Origin: an uncultured bacterium
Lineage (GTDB): Bacteria > Acidobacteriota > Thermoanaerobaculia > Multivoradales > JAHZIX01
Length of the DNA stretch: 64,000 bases
Direction of reading: 5' to 3'
Assembly: GCA_965368975.1 (NCBI GenBank)
Contig: CBDUPA010000007.1
Span: 96,001-160,000 of the forward strand
Each line of letters begins with the position of its first letter. The stretch's first letter is position 1. Under the pieces are notes generated by a model. It saw nothing but the letters and a program-made list of their open reading frames with translations, was not told the origin of the DNA and made no database searches. The translations under genes and the position numbers were made by a program. Shown in pieces: positions 45,085 through 54,332 of the stretch.

Positions 45085-45795
45085 CTACTTCAGGACCACC
45101 AGCACCACACGTCGGTTCTGCGCCCGGCCGTCGGCGGTCCCGTTGTCGGCGACGGGGGCGCTCTCGCCGTAGGAGATCACCGAGATGCGGTGTAGCGGGA
45201 AGCCGTGGCGCAGGCTCAGGTGCCGGCGCACGGACTCGGCGCGCTTGAGGCCGAGTTCGTAGTTGTAGGCGTCGGCACCGGAGGCGTCCGTGTGGCCCTG
45301 GATCTCGATGTAGAGGTCTGTGTTCTCGCGCTTGATCTCTTCGGCGAACTGGTCGATCACCGCCTGTGCCGAGTCGGAGAGCACGGCATCGTCGAGGCCG
45401 AACTGGACCTGCGAGTCGTTGAAGCTGGTTTCGTAGAGGAACTGGCCCTCCGCCAGCTTACCGGCGGCTTCGGCCCGGGCCATGGCTTCACGGGCGGTGT
45501 CGGACGCCTCGGCCAGGCGCTGCTCGTTGGCCTCGATCTTCGCTTGCTGTTCGGTCAAGCGCTGATCCTGGACGTCGAGTTCGCTCTGGTTGGCTTCGAC
45601 CTGGCTCTCGATACTCTCCATCCGTTGATCGGTCTGGACACCTGAGGTACGGATTTGCTCCTGGACGTACTGCTTGGTGGCGCAGCCACTGGTGAGCACG
45701 GCGAGGGAACCGACCAGGAGGGTCGCGACCGGCAGCCGCCGGGGACGAAGAGAGCGAGTGTGAGCGGGTTGGGAACTGCGTGCAAGGGATTGCAT
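45085..45795 (-). CDS. OmpA-family lipoprotein with coiled coil
   Basis: TSGC lipobox, IQGHTDASG, NYELGLKRA, ISYGE, NRRV. Confidence 0.9.
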   Translation of the reverse strand: MQSLARSSQPAHTRSLRPRRLPVATLLVGSLAVLTSGCATKQYVQEQIRTSGVQTDQRMESIESQVEANQSELDVQDQRLTEQQAKIEANEQRLAEASDTAREAMARAEAAGKLAEGQFLYETSFNDSQVQFGLDDAVLSDSAQAVIDQFAEEIKRENTDLYIEIQGHTDASGADAYNYELGLKRAESVRRHLSLRHGFPLHRISVISYGESAPVADNGTADGRAQNRRVVLVVLK

Positions 45796-45895
45796 GGTGG
45801 GTGCCTCCTTGGGATTGTATGGATGAAAATATAGCATGTTATCTATATTCGGGTCTCGGCCTAGCTTATCGCCGGCTCGCAGACGGTGGAAGAGT

Positions 45896-46933
45896 TCACC
45901 GTGGGGTCTCGGCTGGCGCCGGTGGGGCTCCCTGGTAGCGCTGGCGGAAACGCACGCTGCCGGCACGCCGATGCTCGACCTCGACCAGCAATTCATGCTC
46001 ACGATCCTCCGTTCCCGTGCCGGTGCGACGACTGCCGCTGGTGGGGAAGGCGAGCACGTATTGGTGACGCAACTCGTCGCCGAGCCGGCGGCATACCGCC
46101 GCGACGTCCGCGGGACCGTCGACACGCTGGTAGCGGCCGCCGCTGTCGTAGGCCAGGCGCACCAGCACGTCCTCTGGGGCCGGGCGTTGCCACTGGCCGT
46201 CCGGACCGCGCTCGAGGGGGCCGGAGCCGAGAATGGGCAGGCCGAGATCGATAGGGTAGACGGCGACCTTGGCGTCGCGAACTCGCTGGCGGGCTTCACC
46301 GGCGGTCGAGCGGCTGGCGTTGTCGGCACCGTCGGTGACCAGAATGGCGGCACGGCGGTGATGGCGCATGCCTTCGAGCAGCCACGGGAGACGCCCGACC
46401 GCGTCGTGTAGGGCAGTGACGCCGCGGGCTCGCCACTGCTCGGCGTCAGCTTCGAGCAGCGTCTTGTTGCGAGTGAAGGGCAAGCGCAGCCGTACCTCTT
46501 GGTTGCCGAAGCCGACGACCGAGATCTCGTGTGTCGTGCCCGGTACTAGCAGCGTGTCCCGCAGGCAGGCGAGCAACTCGCGACCGGTCTCCAGTCTCCC
46601 ATCGTTGCTCATGCTGCCACTCAGGTCTTGCAGGAAGAGCAAGGACACGGGTGCTTCGTCGTCACCCTCGAAGCTGGCGATCGGCACGCGCTGGTCGTCG
46701 ACGAAGAGCCGGAAATCGTCAACCGTCAGGTCGGTGAGGTAGCCGCCCTGGCGGTCCTGCACCACCACGGGCACCAGTACCCACGTGACTTGCACGGTGT
46801 CGCCAAACTCTTGGGACTGGTGGCTCGCCTGGTCGGTCGATTGGGCGCTGCGGGTCGGCAAGAGCAGCAGCACGGTCAGCAGCGCTGCCGCGAACTTTAC
46901 TCGGCGCTGCGAAACGGCTAGCCTGCGCACCAT
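45896..46933 (-). CDS. VWA domain protein (acidobacterial VWFA-related type)
   Basis: VLVPVVVQD..G, MIDAS motif DLSGSM, TALHDA, LVTDGAD, LRHQYVL; start uncertain. Confidence 0.82.
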   Translation of the reverse strand: MVRRLAVSQRRVKFAAALLTVLLLLPTRSAQSTDQASHQSQEFGDTVQVTWVLVPVVVQDRQGGYLTDLTVDDFRLFVDDQRVPIASFEGDDEAPVSLLFLQDLSGSMSNDGRLETGRELLACLRDTLLVPGTTHEISVVGFGNQEVRLRLPFTRNKTLLEADAEQWRARGVTALHDAVGRLPWLLEGMRHHRRAAILVTDGADNASRSTAGEARQRVRDAKVAVYPIDLGLPILGSGPLERGPDGQWQRPAPEDVLVRLAYDSGGRYQRVDGPADVAAVCRRLGDELRHQYVLAFPTSGSRRTGTGTEDREHELLVEVEHRRAGSVRFRQRYQGAPPAPAETPR

Positions 46934-47318
46934 GAGCGAGAACGCCCCGACGGATGTCCCTGCCGCGCCGGATACCGCCGCCGAGCAGCTCGAGCCAGCC
47001 AGCGACGACGGAACCCTCTTCGGAATGACCGAAGACCAGGTCGCCGAGAATTTCAGTCCGATCAACATCCGTAACGTCTCCATCAAGTGCGGTCGCTGCC
47101 AAAGCTACCAGACCTTGAGCGCCTTCGAGCGTCGGGGTACCTGGAACGTCTACACCTACGAGTGTGAGGACCAGGTGTGTGAACCGTCGCACAGCCGAAC
47201 GCTGATCGAGGTGCCGGCGGTACTCGACGAGTTCGCCAACCGAGACCCCAACTGGCGCGGTGGCAAGCGGCATGCGGGAGCGGATCCGGCGGGTGGCTCG
47301 GAGGATCACGGAGACTGA
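46932..47318 (+). CDS. Hypothetical protein, possible zinc-binding (CGRC...CEDQVC)
   Basis: Coding-like codon usage; two Cys pairs. Confidence 0.6.
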   Translation: MSENAPTDVPAAPDTAAEQLEPASDDGTLFGMTEDQVAENFSPINIRNVSIKCGRCQSYQTLSAFERRGTWNVYTYECEDQVCEPSHSRTLIEVPAVLDEFANRDPNWRGGKRHAGADPAGGSEDHGD

Positions 47319-47451
47319 CCGCATCGGCCGCCGGTGCGATAAGATGGGCCGTCTCTGCTCGCCGATGCGCTCCTGTGTCGGCAACACGACTCTACCAACC
47401 AAGACTCTCCAGCAACCCCCAGTCTCCGTTCGGGCAGGAAAGGGAAATCCG

Positions 47452-48516
47452 ATGAAGAATACCGTTCATATCGTGGGCACCGGTACGATCGGCGAGCCGT
47501 TGATCGGTCTGTTCGCCGACTTCGGCAAGAAGATGGGCGTCGACGAAGTCACGTTTCACAAGCGCACCCCACTGTCTGACGATCGTGCCAAGATCGGGCA
47601 CTTGATGGACCGGGGCGCCAAGCTGGCCGTCGACCCGGATCGGGTCGAAGCCTTCGAGAAGCTCGGGCACAAGGTCAGTTTCGAGGCTGGTGAAGCCCTC
47701 GACCGCGCCAGCGTGATCATCGACTGCACGCCTGCCGGCAACGAGAACAAAGAGAAGTACTACAAGCACCTCTCGGGGCCCAAAGGATTTCTGGCGCAGG
47801 GTAGTGAGTTCGGTTTCGGCAAGCCGTACGCTCGCGGGGTCAACGACGAGGTGCTCGATCCGGACAAGGACCGATTCCTGCAGGTGGTGTCGTGCAACAC
47901 TCACAACATCACCACGCTGATCCGCACGATCGCCTCCGACTCGGTGGACGACTGCTACCTGGAGAGCGGTGACTTCGTCTGCATGCGGCGCGCCAACGAC
48001 ATTACGCAGGCCGCTTCCTTCATCCCGGCGCCGCAGGTCGGCAACCACAGTGACGCGGAGTTCGGCACGCACCATGCGCGCGACGCCAATAGCTTGTTCC
48101 AGACCATGGGGCACGATCTCGATCTGTTCTCGTCGGCGGTCAAGCTCAACAGTCAGTACATGCACTCGATCCGTTTCAACCTGCGCTTGACTCGCGACAT
48201 CACGCTCGACGAGGTCAAGCGCCGCCTGCGCGACAACCACCGTGTCGCGATGACGGACAAGAACCTGGCCAACCTGATCTTCAGCTTCGGTCGCGACCAT
48301 GGCTATTACGGTCGCATCCTGTCGCAGACGGTGATCGTCGAGCCGACGCTGACGGTACGCCATGGCCGCGAGGTCTACGGTTTCTGCTTCACGCCGCAGG
48401 ATGGCAATTCGCTGCTGTCGTCGGTGGCCGCGGCGCTGTGGTTGATCGATCCAAACCAAGACAGTGTGCGCGAGCGTCTGACGCCGATCCGCCGCTGGCT
48501 GTATCGGGAGATCTGA
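47452..48516 (+). CDS. Archaeal-type (type II) GAPDH-like dehydrogenase
   Basis: IVGTGTIG Rossmann motif, DCTP, VVSCNTH catalytic Cys, RRAND, HHARDA. Confidence 0.7.
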   Translation: MKNTVHIVGTGTIGEPLIGLFADFGKKMGVDEVTFHKRTPLSDDRAKIGHLMDRGAKLAVDPDRVEAFEKLGHKVSFEAGEALDRASVIIDCTPAGNENKEKYYKHLSGPKGFLAQGSEFGFGKPYARGVNDEVLDPDKDRFLQVVSCNTHNITTLIRTIASDSVDDCYLESGDFVCMRRANDITQAASFIPAPQVGNHSDAEFGTHHARDANSLFQTMGHDLDLFSSAVKLNSQYMHSIRFNLRLTRDITLDEVKRRLRDNHRVAMTDKNLANLIFSFGRDHGYYGRILSQTVIVEPTLTVRHGREVYGFCFTPQDGNSLLSSVAAALWLIDPNQDSVRERLTPIRRWLYREI

Positions 48517-50225
48517 TGGCTGAAGATGGAGGACGCCGGTCCGGCCGCGGAGGTGCAGAGAAGGGTGGTGGTGCGGGCAAAGGGCGTCCTCCGGGACGTG
48601 GGGGGCCACCCCGTGGCGGCCCACCCCGTGGCGGCCCACCCCGTGGCGGCCCATCTCGTGGCGGCCCGCCGCGCGGCTCGAAGGAGGGAGGCTCCCAGGA
48701 GCGCGGTCCCCGTCCCGGGGGTCCCCGCCCGGGGGGACCACGATCGGGCGGTCCACGTCCAGACGGTCCGCGTCCTGGTGGCCCACGATCAGGCGGTCCG
48801 CGTCCTGGTGGCCCACGATCAGGCGGTCCGCGTTCAGGTGGTCCACGACCGGGCGGCCCACGACCGGGTGGTCCACGACGTGGTGGCCCGCCGCGTTCCG
48901 ATCGCCCCCGTTCCGATCGACCCCATGCTGATCGGTCCCACACGGGCGACGCGCCGCCACGGCCCGAAGTGCCGACGGTACTGTCGCCTACCGCGCAGAA
49001 GCTGGCGGCACTCGACGAACTGGAGCTGACCATTGATCAGCTGGTCGCCGGGGGGGACGGCCTGGGCCGCTACGAGGGCATTCCCATCTTCGTGCCCCGC
49101 TCGGCTCCCGGCGATCGCCTGCGCGTGCGCCTGACCGAGCGGCGCCCCGACTACGGTCGTGCCGAGATCGTCGATGTGCTCGAAGCCGGTCCGGGTCGCC
49201 GCGAGCCCCCGTGCCCCTTCTTCGCACAATGTGGTGGTTGTGACCTCCAGCACCTGGACGACACGCTGCAGACCCAGCTCAAAGTCCAGGCCCTGGCCGA
49301 CACCCTGCGCCGTCTCGGCCGACTCGACGGTCTGCCCGAGATCCAGCTGCGAACCGGTGACGCCTGGGGTTATCGTTTGCGCACGCAGTTGCAGGTCGAG
49401 GCGACGGACGAACGTGCCCGCATCGGCTACTTCGCGCGCCGCAGCCACGAACTGGTGGCGATCGACCGCTGTCCGATCCTGGTACCCGAGCTGGAAGCTC
49501 AACTGACCCAGCTGCCCAAGCCGCTGCGCGACCTCCAGGCCACGGGGCGTGTGCCGCGGCGCCTCGACTTGTGCGCCGGCAACGATGGCCGCCTGAGCAG
49601 CGCTCCGGTGGTCGAGGGATTGCCGCAAGGCGAAGTGATGCTGACCTTCGAGGACAAGGCCGGTACGGCAGCCACGGGGTCGACTTTCGGCCCGCTCGAA
49701 TACATCTACGATGCCCGCAGCTTCTTCCAGGCCCACCGCGGCCTGCTCGCCACCCTGGTCGGCGAAGCGGTCGGCCCGTGGCAGGGTGGCACCGCCATTG
49801 ACCTGTACGCTGGCGTTGGTCTCTTCGCAATGCCGCTGGCGCGTCGCTATCAGAAGGTCATCGCCGTCGAAGCCGAGCGCGTCTCCGCGCGCTTCGCCCG
49901 TCGGAACGCCCGGCGCAACGACGTGCAAAGCAAGGTCGAAGTCGTCGGCCAGGCGGTCGAGACGTGGATCCCAGAGATCCCAGAAGGCGTCGACCGGGTG
50001 CTCGTCGATCCCCCGCGAGCCGGCCTCGCTGGTCGCGTGCGCGGTGTCCTGCTGCAACGCTTGCCGCCGCGCATCACCTACGTCTCCTGCCACCCCGCCA
50101 CCCTCGCCCGTGACCTGCGTCACCTGAGCAAGAACTACAGCGTCGAGAGCATTACGGCGCTCGACATGTTCCCGCAGACGGGACACTTGGAAACGGTTGT
50201 GCAGTTGCTGCGAAACGAAGGCTGA
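48516..50225 (+). CDS. RNA (uracil-5)-methyltransferase RlmD/TrmA family with low-complexity N-terminus
   Basis: TRAM domain, CPFFAQCGGC Fe-S motif, SFFQ, DLYAGVGLF, DPPRAG, YVSC, DMFPQTGHLE. Confidence 0.9.
   Translation: MAEDGGRRSGRGGAEKGGGAGKGRPPGRGGPPRGGPPRGGPPRGGPSRGGPPRGSKEGGSQERGPRPGGPRPGGPRSGGPRPDGPRPGGPRSGGPRPGGPRSGGPRSGGPRPGGPRPGGPRRGGPPRSDRPRSDRPHADRSHTGDAPPRPEVPTVLSPTAQKLAALDELELTIDQLVAGGDGLGRYEGIPIFVPRSAPGDRLRVRLTERRPDYGRAEIVDVLEAGPGRREPPCPFFAQCGGCDLQHLDDTLQTQLKVQALADTLRRLGRLDGLPEIQLRTGDAWGYRLRTQLQVEATDERARIGYFARRSHELVAIDRCPILVPELEAQLTQLPKPLRDLQATGRVPRRLDLCAGNDGRLSSAPVVEGLPQGEVMLTFEDKAGTAATGSTFGPLEYIYDARSFFQAHRGLLATLVGEAVGPWQGGTAIDLYAGVGLFAMPLARRYQKVIAVEAERVSARFARRNARRNDVQSKVEVVGQAVETWIPEIPEGVDRVLVDPPRAGLAGRVRGVLLQRLPPRITYVSCHPATLARDLRHLSKNYSVESITALDMFPQTGHLETVVQLLRNEG
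48597..48892 (+). repeat. 15-bp-unit coding repeats (RGGPP / GGPRP / GGPRS)
   Basis: Many tandem pentapeptide units in the translation. Confidence 0.85.
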
Positions 50226-50345
50226 ATCGCCGGTCTTGCTTCTCCTCTCCGAGTTCGTATGATGGTCCCGCTTGTTTTTGGCACGGCTGTGTTTGGCCGA
50301 TAGGGCCCCCAGCCAAGATGACTTGATTTACGGAGGAGAAGCAGC

Positions 50346-51491
50346 ATGTTGGAGAAACTGAACCCGGGGGCGCGGGGCGCCCAACAATCGATGATCCGGC
50401 GTCTGACCGCCGAGGTCGTCAAGAGTGGTGGCGTCGACCTGAGTCAGGGCCTTTGTACCTTCCTGCCCGACCAGCGCATTCTCGACGGCGCTGTCCGTGC
50501 CGTGCTGGCGGGCAAGAACACCTATAGCCCCAACGTCGGCACGCAGGACCTGCGGCAGCAGTTGGCGGACAAGTACCGTCGGCGCAACGGCCTCGACGTC
50601 ACGATCGACAACGTCATGGTGACCTCCGGTGCCACCGGAGCGTTCGAGAGCATCTGCAAGGCTTTCCTGGAACCCGGCGACGAAGTCGTGATGGTGCAGC
50701 CGTTCTACGGGTACCACATTCGTCAGGTCCAGGATCGCGGAGCCATTCCCCGCTTCGTCTCGCTGCATCCTCCGGATTGGCACTTCGACCGCGACGAGTT
50801 CGAGAACGCACTGACCGACAAGACCAAGTTCGTCGTCTTCTCCAACCCGAGCAACCCGACAGGCAAGGTGTTCACGCGCGACGAACTCGAGTTCATCGGC
50901 CAAGCTTGTCGCAGCCGGGATATTCTGACAGTGGTCGACGAGGTCTACGAGTACATCCTCGCCAACGACAAGGAGCACGTCTCGATGGCGTCGCTGCCGG
51001 GCATGTTCGAGTCGACGCTGACCATGTCGTCCGCGAGCAAGACGCTGTGCGTGACCGGCTGGCGTATCGGTTGGCTGGTAGCTCCCGCCGAGGTGATCCC
51101 GGCTCTCGGGGTCAAGTTCGACGACGCCTTCATGTGCGCGCCGCGCCCTTTCCAGCACGCGGTCGCCGACGTCTTCGCCCTGGGTGATGACATCTTCGAG
51201 CAGATTCGCCAGACTTTCTGCAGCAAGCGCGACACGATGGCTGCCGCACTGCGTGGTTTTGGCCTCGACGTCTACGGCGGCGAAGGCGCCTGTTACCTGA
51301 TCGCTGGCTACGAGAAGCTGGGCTTCAAGGACGATATGGCGGCCATCTGGAGTCTGCTGGAAAACCAGAACGTCGCCGGCTTGCCGGGCAGTTCCTTCTA
51401 TCCTGGCGAGAGAAACTCCGGCTTCGTGCGCTTCTGCTTCGCGGTCAGTGACGAAGACCTCGGACGCGTGACGGAGGCTCTGGCTCGCTAG
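50346..51491 (+). CDS. PLP-dependent aminotransferase class I/II
   Basis: DLSQG, TSGATGA, NPSNPTG, DEVYE, SASKTLCVTGWRIG, VRFCFA. Confidence 0.92.
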   Translation: MLEKLNPGARGAQQSMIRRLTAEVVKSGGVDLSQGLCTFLPDQRILDGAVRAVLAGKNTYSPNVGTQDLRQQLADKYRRRNGLDVTIDNVMVTSGATGAFESICKAFLEPGDEVVMVQPFYGYHIRQVQDRGAIPRFVSLHPPDWHFDRDEFENALTDKTKFVVFSNPSNPTGKVFTRDELEFIGQACRSRDILTVVDEVYEYILANDKEHVSMASLPGMFESTLTMSSASKTLCVTGWRIGWLVAPAEVIPALGVKFDDAFMCAPRPFQHAVADVFALGDDIFEQIRQTFCSKRDTMAAALRGFGLDVYGGEGACYLIAGYEKLGFKDDMAAIWSLLENQNVAGLPGSSFYPGERNSGFVRFCFAVSDEDLGRVTEALAR

Positions 51492-51521
51492 TCTGGATTC
51501 TGGCCAACAAGCGGAGGCTGT

Positions 51522-51809
51522 GTGCGGTTCGAGTGGGATGACCAAAAGAGCGTAGCCAACGTCAGGAAGCATGGTTTCAGCCTTGCCGATGCCCACCTTG
51601 CTTTTTCGCAGCCGATGGTGGTCCGAGAAGACGCGCGAGGAGCTTATGGAGAGCGGCGCTGGGTAGGGGTTGGACAGGTCCTTGGCCGGGCTGTCGTTGT
51701 TGTCTGGACCGAACCCGACGAGGAGACGATTCGTATCATCTCCATGAGACGAGCCCTGAAACATGAGAGACTGGGATATGAGCGAGAGATCACAGACCGA
51801 TTGGGCTAG
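51522..51809 (+). CDS. brnT: BrnT family toxin
   Basis: FEWDDQK..NVRKHG, YGERR, IRIISMRRA. Confidence 0.9.
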   Translation: MRFEWDDQKSVANVRKHGFSLADAHLAFSQPMVVREDARGAYGERRWVGVGQVLGRAVVVVWTEPDEETIRIISMRRALKHERLGYEREITDRLG

Positions 51810-52038
51810 GGTGGACGTACTCGGCGACGAGGACATCGACACCTCCGACATTCCGCCCTTGGACGAAGCGTTCTTCTCGACCGCCAACTTGCGTATGCCC
51901 GATGGCTCCACGTCCGTAGCTGTGAAATTGGACCCGGAGACCTACAGTTGGTTCAAGTCATTGGGAGCTGAGGCAGAGGAGCGGATGCGGGCTGCCTTGC
52001 GTTTGTACGCGGAATCACACAAGGCGTTTAGTCACTGA
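51778..52038 (+). CDS. brnA: BrnA family antitoxin
   Basis: TDWARV, DIDTSDIPPL, LDPETYSWFK, MRAALRLY. Confidence 0.85.
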   Translation: MSERSQTDWARVDVLGDEDIDTSDIPPLDEAFFSTANLRMPDGSTSVAVKLDPETYSWFKSLGAEAEERMRAALRLYAESHKAFSH

Positions 52039-52067
52039 CTGAGCCCAGAGTTCGGGTGGGGCGAGCG

Positions 52068-52532
52068 ATGAGCAAGACGTGGAATGTCTATCTGAGCGGT
52101 GAGATCCATACGGATTGGCGTGACGTGATCCGTGAGGGGTGCGAGCAGGCGGGGCTGCCCGTCGTGTTCAGTGCGCCCGTCACCGATCATCCTGCCAGCG
52201 ACAATTGTGGTGTCGCCATTCTGGGCGAGGAAGCGCAGGACTTCTGGAAGGACCACAAGGGTGCCAAAGTCAACGCCATTCGCACACGCACACTGATCGC
52301 GGCCGCGGACATCGTGGTGGTGCGCTTCGGTGACAAGTATCGGCAGTGGAACGCTGCCTTCGACGCTGGCTACACGGCAGCCCTGGGCAAGGCACTGATC
52401 GTGCTACACCCGCCGGAGCATACGCATGCGCTCAAGGAAGTCGACGGTGCGGCACTGGCCGTGGCGCAGGAGCCGGGACAGGTGGTGGAGATCCTGAACT
52501 ACGTGATCCGTGGGGAACTCGCCTCAGCGTAG
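52068..52532 (+). CDS. YtoQ family protein
   Basis: VYLSGEIHTDWR, INAIRT-like VNAIRT, RFGDKYRQWNAAFDAG, HALKEVD. Confidence 0.88.
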   Translation: MSKTWNVYLSGEIHTDWRDVIREGCEQAGLPVVFSAPVTDHPASDNCGVAILGEEAQDFWKDHKGAKVNAIRTRTLIAAADIVVVRFGDKYRQWNAAFDAGYTAALGKALIVLHPPEHTHALKEVDGAALAVAQEPGQVVEILNYVIRGELASA

Positions 52533-52659
52533 CCTCTCCGACTGTCGGGCGATGTTACCGGCGCGACGTTGTCAGGAAAAGCAACTCCGTGTAGAAGTCC
52601 ATCAAGAACGTCGAGCGTTCGGCGGACTCGGAGGGCGGAAGTTGCTAGAATCCCTGGCG

Positions 52660-53349
52660 ATGTCTCAGCTTGCACCGAGGTCGACTGGGCGCGCGGCACG
52701 ATCCGATGGTCCGTCAGATGGGAACAGTCCGTTGCGCGGACCCCTGCCCGCCGATGCGTGGGATTTGGGGACCGTAGCGCAGGCGGCGGCAGGGGAAGAA
52801 CCCTGGCCGTCGCGACTGATCGACACGCTGACGCCGGTGATCCAAAGCAGAGTTGCGAGGGTTTTGCTGCGCGGGCAGCAGCGGCATCCGGGCCGTATCC
52901 GACCCTTGGTGGAAGATTTGACCCAGGAGGTGTTCATGGTGCTGTTCGCTCGCGGAGGCCGCGTGCTGCGGGATTGGCAGCCGGACCGGGGCTTGTCCCT
53001 GGCCAATTTTGTCGGCCTGGTGGCGGAACGCCAGACAGTGTCGTTCCTGCGATCCGGTCGCCGTAGCGGCTGGCGCGAGGATCCGACGCTCACCGACACC
53101 TTCGACACCGCCACCGCCGCTCCCAGCCCGGAGCGCTGGACGGCGTCGCGCCAGCAGATGGAACGGTTGTTGGAGCGTCTCACCGAGGAACTGAGTCCGT
53201 TGGGGCGCCAGCTCTTCCGCCTGCTCTATCTCGAAGAGCGGGGAGTGGAAGAGGTGGAAGGTCTGACGGGCATGAGCAGTGATGCTGTCTACGCTTGGCG
53301 CAGCCGGCTGCGCCGGCGGGCTCGACGCGTGCTACAGGAGGAATCCTGA
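52660..53349 (+). CDS. ECF-type sigma-70 factor
   Basis: Region 2 EDLTQEVF; region 4 HTH GMSSDAVYAWRSRL. Confidence 0.82.
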   Translation: MSQLAPRSTGRAARSDGPSDGNSPLRGPLPADAWDLGTVAQAAAGEEPWPSRLIDTLTPVIQSRVARVLLRGQQRHPGRIRPLVEDLTQEVFMVLFARGGRVLRDWQPDRGLSLANFVGLVAERQTVSFLRSGRRSGWREDPTLTDTFDTATAAPSPERWTASRQQMERLLERLTEELSPLGRQLFRLLYLEERGVEEVEGLTGMSSDAVYAWRSRLRRRARRVLQEES

Positions 53350-54332
53350 TGACTACCGAATCCTCTTCGCCTGAAACCGCGTCTGCTCCTACGTCTGCCA
53401 CCGCATCGCCGCTGGATGTAGTGTTGACCGAGGTCGCGGCGTTGGGTGAGTCGCGTGCCGCTGCCGAAGAGGCACGGCTGGCTGGGCTGTTGGGCTCATT
53501 GCCGGCCGACAGCTGGGATCGTCTGGCTGCGGACGTGCTGGGTGCCAGCGAGGAAGCGACGTTGCGCGCCAGCGCAGAGGCCTCTGCGGAGTCAAGTGAC
53601 GAAGCTCGACGTGCGCTGGAGGCGTTCACGCCGCTGGAGGAAAGCTTTCGGCAGCGCGTGGCGCTGGCCGTTTCGGAGCAGCGTGAGCGAGAGCGCGAGC
53701 ATTCGGCCGACGTCGAGTCACTCGACGCCCGGCGCTCGCTCTGGCGTCGGCGTTCGGTGTGGGCGATGGCGGCTACGGTTGTCCTGGCGGTGACGGTAGC
53801 GCTGCTGCTGCGCGGCAACCTGGCATCGAGCGGCGATGTGACGTTGGCGCTGCCGATTCCCGACTATGCGGTGCAGGTGGACGGTGGCGCGGCGGCTGAG
53901 CGCTCGGCGCCGGAGCTGGCAGCTACGCCTGCGATCGATGAGGTGACAGCACTGGGACTCGGCGAGCGCCTGCGGCTGACCCTGCGGCCGGCGACAGCGG
54001 TGGACGGTGCGGTGACGGTGCGGACCTTTGTCGCACCGCGTGCCGGTGTCGGCGAGCCAGCCAGCGAGACACAGTCGGCCGCCTGGCGAATCTGGGACGG
54101 CACGACCGAAGTCGCCACCAGTGGCGCAGTGCGTCTGAGCGCGGTGATCGGTGAGCAACTGGACGTGGCGGCCGGCAGCTATACGCTGGCTGTGGTCGTG
54201 GGACGCCCGGAGCACTTGCCAGCGGTCACCGATCTGCCACAGCCGTCGAGGTGTAGCGCCCTGGAGCAGGACGCGGACGCCTGTTGGCGCCTATACTGCA
54301 TGCATGTCGACATTCGGGACGGCGACACATGA
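53349..54332 (+). CDS. Putative single-TM anti-sigma factor
   Basis: TGATG-coupled to the sigma gene; RRR followed by a TM helix and an extracytoplasmic beta domain. Confidence 0.6.
   Translation: MTTESSSPETASAPTSATASPLDVVLTEVAALGESRAAAEEARLAGLLGSLPADSWDRLAADVLGASEEATLRASAEASAESSDEARRALEAFTPLEESFRQRVALAVSEQREREREHSADVESLDARRSLWRRRSVWAMAATVVLAVTVALLLRGNLASSGDVTLALPIPDYAVQVDGGAAAERSAPELAATPAIDEVTALGLGERLRLTLRPATAVDGAVTVRTFVAPRAGVGEPASETQSAAWRIWDGTTEVATSGAVRLSAVIGEQLDVAAGSYTLAVVVGRPEHLPAVTDLPQPSRCSALEQDADACWRLYCMHVDIRDGDT

Noticed and set aside
48597-48892. GGPRP repeats as a collagen-like domain or CRISPR
   Set aside because: Five-residue period rather than Gly-X-Y; in-frame coding repeat without spacers
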